Positions 58,087 to 64,000 of a DNA stretch of 64,000 bases are shown piece after piece. The DNA is taken from contig JAZUPZ010000004.1 of assembly GCA_045605445.1 (NCBI GenBank), forward strand, positions 1,695 through 65,694, written 5' to 3'. The notes beneath the pieces were generated by a model. That model did not search any database, was not told where the DNA came from, and saw nothing but the letters and a program-made list of their open reading frames with translations. A program made the translations under genes and the position numbers. Position 1 is the stretch's first letter. Each line of letters opens with the position of its first letter. Source of the stretch: Clostridia bacterium. Its GTDB lineage: Bacteria; Bacillota; Clostridia; RGIG6154.

Positions 58087-60696
58087 TTGAAAATTTACAG
58101 TCAATCAAAAGATGAGGTTTTAAAGACTTTGTCAGTTGATGAAACAGAGGGCTTAAGCGGGGAGCAGGCAAGTGCTCTTCTTGAAAAACACGGCCCCAAC
58201 AAATTAAAGGAAAAAAAGAAAAAAACCAACCTTGAACGTTTTATAGAACAGTTTAAGGATGTTATGATTTTAATTCTTCTTGCGGCGGCGGCAGTTTCTT
58301 TTGTAATTGCCTGTGTTGAGAGAAATCCGGCAGAATTTTTTGAGCCTGCCCTTATTCTGCTTATTGTTGTTCTTAACGCGCTTATGGGAGTTATTCAGGA
58401 AAGCAAGGCTGAAAAGGCTCTTGACGCCTTAAAAAGTATGTCGGCTCCTCACGCAAGAGTAATAAGAAACGGAAAAGTTGATGTTATCGATGCATCACTG
58501 CTTGTGCCGGGAGATATTATAAAGCTTGAGGCGGGAGATTTTATCCCTGCCGATGCCAGACTTTTGAGCAGCGCAAGCCTTAAAAGTGAAGAATCTGCCC
58601 TTACTGGGGAATCGGTGCCCTCTGAAAAAGATGCAAATGCAGTGGTTGAAGAAAATGCACCCCTCGGAGACAGAACGAATATGGTTTTTTCCGGCTGCAG
58701 CGTTACTTACGGTACTGCAACAGCAGTTGTAACCGCAACAGGAATGGATACCGAAATGGGCAAAATTGCAAATCTTCTTGATAACGAGGAAGAGGGACAG
58801 ACGCCTCTTCAGGAAAAGCTTTCACAGCTTGGTAAATATTTGGGAATTTTAGCTCTTGCAGCCTGCGGCATAATTTTTATAGTAGGTATAGCAAACGGAA
58901 TTCCTGTTCTTGAAATCTTTATGACCTCGGTTTCTCTTGCAGTTTCCGCAATCCCCGAAGGTCTGCCCGCAATTGTAACAATTGTTCTTTCAATCGGCGT
59001 TCAGCGAATGGTTAAAAGAAATGCGCTTATAAGAAGACTTCCTGCGGTTGAAACTCTTGGAAGCGCTTCAATAATCTGCTCAGACAAAACGGGAACATTA
59101 ACCCAGAACAGAATGACTCTTGTTAAGGCTTACTGCGACGGAGCGACTGTTGAAGATGTAACCGAAAACTGCTCGGAGGGAGTAAAGGCGCTTCTTAAAA
59201 TGGGAACTCTTTGCTGCGACGGTGAAGTGGTTTTTAAAAACGGCGAGGAACAGCATATCGGCGATCCTACAGAAACGGCAATCGTTCTTGCTGCTCATAA
59301 AAACTCAATGCCAAAGGATGAGCTTGAAGCGGAATATCCCCGTCTTGCGGAAATTCCTTTTGATTCAGACAGAAAGCTTATGTCAACCGTTAATAAAATA
59401 AATTCAAGCAACGTTGTTATAGTAAAGGGTGCCTTTGATGTAATGGCAGAAAAATGCGTTGCAGGCAACCTTGAAAAGGCTAAGGAAATAACCGAGGAAA
59501 TGAGCAGAAATGCTCTTCGTGTTCTTGCGGTTGCATATAAGGAAATTGAATCTGTTCCCGAAAATCCTACAACAGATGAGCTTGAAGAAGGACTTACCTT
59601 TATGGGACTTGTGGGAATGATTGACCCGCCAAGACCTGAAGCAAAGGCGGCAGTTGCCGTTTGCAGAAAAGCGGGAATAAAACCCGTTATGATTACCGGC
59701 GACCACGTTGTTACAGCCTCTGCAATTGCCGGAGAGCTTGGGATTTTTTTGGAAGGCGATATGGCGATAACCGGTGCCGAGCTTGATGCTATGACAGACT
59801 CTGAGCTTGACAGAAAGGTTGAAAACATTTCGGTTTATGCCCGTGTTTCTCCTGAAAATAAAATAAGAATTGTAAAAGCATGGCAGAGAAAAGAACAGGT
59901 TGTTTCAATGACAGGCGACGGCGTAAACGATGCGCCTGCTCTTAAAGCGGCAGACATCGGCTGTGCTATGGGCATTACAGGTACAGACGTTGCAAAGGGC
60001 GCGGCAGATATGACTCTTACCGACGATAATTTTGCAACAATTGTTGATGCTGTCCGTGAGGGCAGGGGTATTTATGCAAACATCAAAAAGGTTGTAGGCT
60101 TCCTGCTCGGAACAAACATCGGCGAGGTTATAACCGTGTTTGCGGCAATGCTTCTCTGGCATAAAACCCCGCTTCTTTCAATGCAGCTTCTCTGGATAAA
60201 TCTTGTAACAGACAGTATGCCTGCCATTGCTCTTGGAATGGAAGATGTTGAAAAGGATATAATGGAAAAACCTCCTAAGTCGAAAAACGAAGGTATTTTT
60301 GCTCACGGTCTGGGAATTCGTGTTGTTCTCCAGGGCTTTATGTTTGCAGTGCTCACTCTTATCGGTTTTAAAGCCGGCGAAAATGTTACTTCAACTCTTG
60401 AAGGCGGTCAGACTCTGGCGTTTATGGTGCTTTCCCTTTGCCAGATTGTCCAGGCGTATAATATGAGAACAGAACATTCTCTCTTTAAAATTGGCATATT
60501 CTCAAACAAAAAGCTCAACGGAGCGGCTCTTATTTCCGTTCTGCTTGTAGCTCTGGTGTTGTTCACGCCTCTTAAAGGTGCTTTCGGGTTTGTTGCTCTT
60601 CCGATGAAGCTTTACGGACTTGGCTTAATATTGATTTTCGTGCCTTTCGTGATTATGGAAATATCAAAGCTGTTGGGATTTATAAAGCATAAATAA
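58087..60696 (+). CDS. Calcium-translocating P-type ATPase (P2A/PMCA-like).
   Basis: DKTGTLT phosphorylation motif (ICSDKTGTLTQN), TGES (LTGESVP), GDGVNDAPAL, ten TM helices. TTG start 8 nt after AGGAGG. Confidence 0.85.
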   Translation: MKIYSQSKDEVLKTLSVDETEGLSGEQASALLEKHGPNKLKEKKKKTNLERFIEQFKDVMILILLAAAAVSFVIACVERNPAEFFEPALILLIVVLNALMGVIQESKAEKALDALKSMSAPHARVIRNGKVDVIDASLLVPGDIIKLEAGDFIPADARLLSSASLKSEESALTGESVPSEKDANAVVEENAPLGDRTNMVFSGCSVTYGTATAVVTATGMDTEMGKIANLLDNEEEGQTPLQEKLSQLGKYLGILALAACGIIFIVGIANGIPVLEIFMTSVSLAVSAIPEGLPAIVTIVLSIGVQRMVKRNALIRRLPAVETLGSASIICSDKTGTLTQNRMTLVKAYCDGATVEDVTENCSEGVKALLKMGTLCCDGEVVFKNGEEQHIGDPTETAIVLAAHKNSMPKDELEAEYPRLAEIPFDSDRKLMSTVNKINSSNVVIVKGAFDVMAEKCVAGNLEKAKEITEEMSRNALRVLAVAYKEIESVPENPTTDELEEGLTFMGLVGMIDPPRPEAKAAVAVCRKAGIKPVMITGDHVVTASAIAGELGIFLEGDMAITGAELDAMTDSELDRKVENISVYARVSPENKIRIVKAWQRKEQVVSMTGDGVNDAPALKAADIGCAMGITGTDVAKGAADMTLTDDNFATIVDAVREGRGIYANIKKVVGFLLGTNIGEVITVFAAMLLWHKTPLLSMQLLWINLVTDSMPAIALGMEDVEKDIMEKPPKSKNEGIFAHGLGIRVVLQGFMFAVLTLIGFKAGENVTSTLEGGQTLAFMVLSLCQIVQAYNMRTEHSLFKIGIFSNKKLNGAALISVLLVALVLFTPLKGAFGFVALPMKLYGLGLILIFVPFVIMEISKLLGFIKHK

Positions 60697-60841
60697 TTTA
60701 AGAATGAAAAAAGAACTGTTTCAAACTGCAGTGTGCGGTTGACAGTTCTTTTTTGTTTGCTGAAATGTTGAAAAAACATATATTGTATGGTATACTGAAA
60801 ATGAAGAATTATGCAGAAAAACGGCATTAGGAGAGAATTTT

Positions 60842-61771
60842 ATGGATAAAACGAAAATGTTTGAAAAAATCGGGCTTACTCCGAAAAACGGAAAGCTTAC
60901 AGCAGAACAAATAGGGGCGGTAAAGGGTCTTGGTTTTCTTCGTGATAAAAGGTATGAAGATGTGTTCAACGCAAGAATTATAACAAGAAACGGAAAGCTT
61001 ACCACAGAGGAACACAGAGCTGTTGCCGAAGCTGCAGACCTGTTCGGCTCATCGGAGGTTGCAATGACAAGCCGTATGACGCTGGAAATTCAGGGCGTTT
61101 CTTATGAAAACATTCCTGCTCTTATTTTGTTTTTAAAGGAAAGAGGACTGGAACCCGGCGGAACGGGACCAAAGGTTCGACCTGTTGTTTCCTGTAAGGG
61201 TACAACCTGCCAGTTCGGACTTATCGATACCTTTTCTCTCAGCAGAAAAATTCACGATTTGTTTTATGTGGGCTATCATAACGAAACCCTTCCTCATAAA
61301 TTTAAAATAGGTGTGGGAGGATGTCCGAACAATTGCGTAAAGCCCGACCTTAACGATCTTGGAATTGTGGGTCAGAGAATTTTTTCCCCCAACCTTGAAA
61401 AGTGCCGCGGATGCAGAACCTGCGCTGTAGAAACAGCCTGCCCTATGAAGGCTGCAACCCTTTCAGATGGGAAAATACATATAGACAGTAAAGCTTGTAA
61501 CAACTGCGGAAGATGCCATAAAAAATGTCCTTTCGGTGCTTTTGAAAGTGCAAGTGAAGGCTATAAGGTTTGTATTGGCGGAAGATGGGGCAAAAAAACT
61601 GCAATGGGCAGACCTCTTTCAAAGATACTTACCTCTGAAAAAGAGGTTCTTGATGTGGTGGAAAAGGCAATTATTCTTTTCCGCGACGAAGGAATAAAGG
61701 GCGAACGCTTTGCAGATACAATAGAAAGACTTGGCTTTGAATATGTTGAAAAGAAACTTATTGAGAAATAA
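60842..61771 (+). CDS. Small sulfite/nitrite-reductase-like protein (NIR_SIR ferredoxin-like half-domain, a siroheme-[4Fe-4S] Cys cluster and a 2x[4Fe-4S] ferredoxin domain; AsrC/DsrA-like).
   Basis: C-x5-C...C-x3-C (SCKGTTCQFG...GVGGCPNNC) plus CRGCRTCAVETACP and CNNCGRCHKKCP. AGGAGAGA RBS. Confidence 0.55.
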   Translation: MDKTKMFEKIGLTPKNGKLTAEQIGAVKGLGFLRDKRYEDVFNARIITRNGKLTTEEHRAVAEAADLFGSSEVAMTSRMTLEIQGVSYENIPALILFLKERGLEPGGTGPKVRPVVSCKGTTCQFGLIDTFSLSRKIHDLFYVGYHNETLPHKFKIGVGGCPNNCVKPDLNDLGIVGQRIFSPNLEKCRGCRTCAVETACPMKAATLSDGKIHIDSKACNNCGRCHKKCPFGAFESASEGYKVCIGGRWGKKTAMGRPLSKILTSEKEVLDVVEKAIILFRDEGIKGERFADTIERLGFEYVEKKLIEK

Positions 61772-62699
61772 AATTATATGTACGGCAATAAGCTTGATGC
61801 TTGTTTATTTGTGCGGGTGCAGTCAGAAAGTGGCTGATAATACAGAAAATCAGGTTATATTTAAAGATGCGTTAAACTGTCAGGTTTCAATAGGAAAAAA
61901 ACCAAAACGTGTTGCCGCTTTAATCGGAAGCTTTGCAGAAATCTGGCAGCTTGCGGGTGGAGAGGTTTGCGCAACCTCCGAGGATGCCTGGGAGGATTTT
62001 AACCTTGAGCTTGAAAACTGCGTAAATATCGGAGGGGCTCACTCTCCGGGGCTTGAGGCTTTGCTTTCCGCAAATCCGGAGCTTGTAATAGCAAGCGCCT
62101 CCACCGCCTCAAACGTAAAAATGAAGAATTCCCTTGAAAGTGCGGGAATCACCGTTGTATATTTCGATGTAGATTCCTTTGAGGATTATCTTTTTATGCT
62201 TGATGTATGTACAGATATAACCGGCAGAAAAGACCTGTACGAAAAAAACGGTGTTGAAATAAAAAACCGAATTGAAGGTATCAGAAAAGAATTTTTCAAT
62301 GCAGAGCTTTCGGAAGAAAAGAAAAAGATTCTTGTTCTCAGGGCATCTTCGGGAGCGGTAAAGGCAAAGGGAAGCAAAGGAACGGTTCTGGGGGAAATGC
62401 TTGAAGACCTGGGCTGTGTAAACATTGCCGACAGCGACAAAAACCTTCTTGAAACCTTAAGTGTTGAAAGTGTAATAAAACAGAATCCCTACCGTATTTT
62501 TGTTGTAGCAATGGGAAATGAAGAGGCGGCAATGAAAAGCCTTTCACTGATAATGAAGGAAAACCCCGCCTGGGGAACCCTCAGCGCAGTAAAAGAAAAT
62601 CGTCTTCATATAATGGAAAGAAAGCTTTTTAATTTAAAACCAAACAGAAATTGGGCAGAATCCTATGAAAAACTCAGTGGAATTTTACTTTCAGAATAA
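61743..62699 (+). CDS. ABC transporter substrate-binding lipoprotein, class III (iron-siderophore/cobalamin type).
   Basis: Lipobox LVYLCGCSQ. Helical-backbone SBP length. Followed by a FecCD permease and an ATPase. Confidence 0.65.
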   Translation: MLKRNLLRNKIICTAISLMLVYLCGCSQKVADNTENQVIFKDALNCQVSIGKKPKRVAALIGSFAEIWQLAGGEVCATSEDAWEDFNLELENCVNIGGAHSPGLEALLSANPELVIASASTASNVKMKNSLESAGITVVYFDVDSFEDYLFMLDVCTDITGRKDLYEKNGVEIKNRIEGIRKEFFNAELSEEKKKILVLRASSGAVKAKGSKGTVLGEMLEDLGCVNIADSDKNLLETLSVESVIKQNPYRIFVVAMGNEEAAMKSLSLIMKENPAWGTLSAVKENRLHIMERKLFNLKPNRNWAESYEKLSGILLSE

Positions 62700-63684
62700 A
62701 ATAAAAATTCTTTACGGCATCGGAATATTATTTCTGATGCTTTCGGCGTTGCTTGGAATATTTCTCGGAAGCACCCCTCTTGCCGTAAATGAAATTGTTA
62801 CTGCCTTTTCAGAGGGCTTTAACTATTCGGCAGGAACAAAAATTTTCGGCTATGTAAGGCTTCCCAGAACAGTTGCTTCAATCCTGTGCGGAGCGGCGCT
62901 GGCGGTGGCGGGAACGGTAATTCAGAGCGTTCTTGCAAATAAGCTTGCATCTCCGGGCGTGGTGGGGGTAAACTCCGGCGCAGGACTTGCGGTAACTCTT
63001 TGTACCGCAATGGGGTTGTATGGTGGCTGGGAGCTGTCGTTTTTTGCATTTCTGGGAGCCTTTGCCGCAGTTATGGTTGTAAGCCTTGCCTCAAAAAAAT
63101 GGAGAGCTTCAAGAAGCACGGTAATTTTAATCGGAGTTGCAATGAACAGCTTTCTTTCTGCAATTTCGGATACGGTTGTAACCTTTATTCCAGATGTGGG
63201 AGTAATGAGCAACAACTTCAGAATAGGAGAATTTTCAGCAGTTACTTACGGAACTCTTGCTCCTGCGGCTCTGATAATTTTTATAGCTCTTTCAGTTTTA
63301 ATGACAATGACCAACGAGCTTGATATTCTTACTCTTGGAGATGATAATGCAAAGGCACTTGGTATGAATGTTGTTTTTATAAGAACACTGTTTCTGATTC
63401 TGGCGGCTTTGCTTGCAGGATGCGCCGTAAGCCTTGCAGGACTTTTGTCCTTTGTGGGACTTATAGTGCCCCACGGAGTACGAAGACTTGCAGGGGGTAA
63501 AACGGTTCATCTGCCGGGGTTGTGCGCTCTGTTCGGCGGAGGCTTTGTCTGCCTTTGCGATACCCTTGCAAGAGTTGCCTTTTCTCCCTATGAAATCCCA
63601 GTGGGAATTATAATGGCGTTTCTGGGAGCACCTTTTTTTGTTTTTCTTCTTGTGAGGGGCAAAGGAGGGCATAAAAATGATTGA
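62665..63684 (+). CDS. FecCD/BtuC family ABC permease (iron chelate or B12 uptake).
   Basis: About 9 TM helices with the FecCD signature region (...GAALAVAGTVIQSVLANKLASPGVVGVNSGAG...). Confidence 0.75.
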   Translation: MKNSVEFYFQNKIKILYGIGILFLMLSALLGIFLGSTPLAVNEIVTAFSEGFNYSAGTKIFGYVRLPRTVASILCGAALAVAGTVIQSVLANKLASPGVVGVNSGAGLAVTLCTAMGLYGGWELSFFAFLGAFAAVMVVSLASKKWRASRSTVILIGVAMNSFLSAISDTVVTFIPDVGVMSNNFRIGEFSAVTYGTLAPAALIIFIALSVLMTMTNELDILTLGDDNAKALGMNVVFIRTLFLILAALLAGCAVSLAGLLSFVGLIVPHGVRRLAGGKTVHLPGLCALFGGGFVCLCDTLARVAFSPYEIPVGIIMAFLGAPFFVFLLVRGKGGHKND

Positions 63685-64000
63685 ACTTAAAAATATATGC
63701 GCAGGCTACGGTAAAGGCAACGTTCTTAAAAACTTTTCAGTCTGCTTTGAAAAGGGAAAGCTTTTGTCTGTTATCGGGCGCAACGGCTCGGGAAAAAGCA
63801 CAACGCTGAAAACAGCCGTTGGGGTAATAACCCCAACCTCGGGAGAAATTTTTATCAATGGCGAGTCTGCCTTAAATATGAAAAAACGGGAAATTGCCCG
63901 TCGGGCGGCGTACCTTTCCCAGGGGAGAAATACTCCCGATATGACTGTAAAACAGCTGGTTCTTCACGGCAGATTTTCCCATCTTGACTATCCAAGAAGA
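63677..64000 (+). CDS. ABC transporter ATP-binding protein (FecE/BtuD-like). The 3' end is cut by the window edge.
   Basis: Walker A GRNGSGKST. AAAGGAGGG RBS. Overlaps the permease stop. Confidence 0.8.
   Translation, partial: MIELKNICAGYGKGNVLKNFSVCFEKGKLLSVIGRNGSGKSTTLKTAVGVITPTSGEIFINGESALNMKKREIARRAAYLSQGRNTPDMTVKQLVLHGRFSHLDYPRR

Noticed and set aside
59295-59828. 177-aa minus-strand ORF, Ser/Ala/Pro-rich
   Set aside because: Antisense to the P-type ATPase (DKTGTLT and GDGVNDAPAL motifs on the plus strand).
1-64000. Mobile element, prophage or CRISPR content
   Set aside because: No integrase, transposase, recombinase, phage structural gene, direct-repeat array or IS-like terminal inverted repeats were seen. 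The only tRNA has no adjacent integrase.

Overview
This 64-kb window looks like a low-GC Firmicutes (Clostridia-like) chromosomal segment. Housekeeping genes are present: the 3' part of hrcA with a textbook CIRCE operator, tRNA-Glu, alaS, a HIT protein, rpsU, efp, an M24 Xaa-Pro peptidase, coaX with an ECF S component, and a P-type Ca-ATPase. Between them sit several accessory blocks.

1. 1.2-7.1 kb: a 1843-aa RHS/YD-repeat polymorphic toxin. Its C-terminus carries a glycine-zipper segment followed by a WHH-type HNH/EndoVII nuclease domain. A small candidate immunity gene follows.
2. 10.8-30.7 kb: an island of secreted and cell-surface proteins. It contains a CAP domain protein, SLH proteins, a ricin-lectin/SH3b/papain-like hydrolase, two paralogous BNR-repeat beta-propeller proteins with Cu-amine-oxidase-N-like stalk domains, an LRR BspA-like protein, an orphan sugar SBP and an RCC1-repeat lipoprotein. 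Three AraC regulators, an XRE regulator with palindromic operators and an EamA exporter are interspersed.
3. 30.9-40.1 kb: an oxygen/peroxide defence cluster. It comprises an autoregulated PerR-like Fur-family regulator with a 7-1-7 box, reverse rubrerythrin, ferritin, a flavodiiron protein and rubredoxin. The cluster is interrupted by a T-box-riboswitch-controlled operon. That operon encodes an unusual HTH-XRE/cupin::acyl-CoA-synthetase fusion, an ACT-ACT-MBL protein and a DUF2264 protein.
4. 51.4-56.4 kb: a 1335-aa Lon-like protease carrying two complete Lon-type hinge+AAA+ modules before an intact S16 Ser-Lys protease domain. It is preceded by a short terminated transcript with small ORFs and followed by a small unknown protein.
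5. 60.8-64 kb: a small siroheme-type sulfite/nitrite-reductase-like ferredoxin protein next to an iron-siderophore/B12-type ABC importer.

I saw no CRISPR array, rRNA, transposase or integrase.
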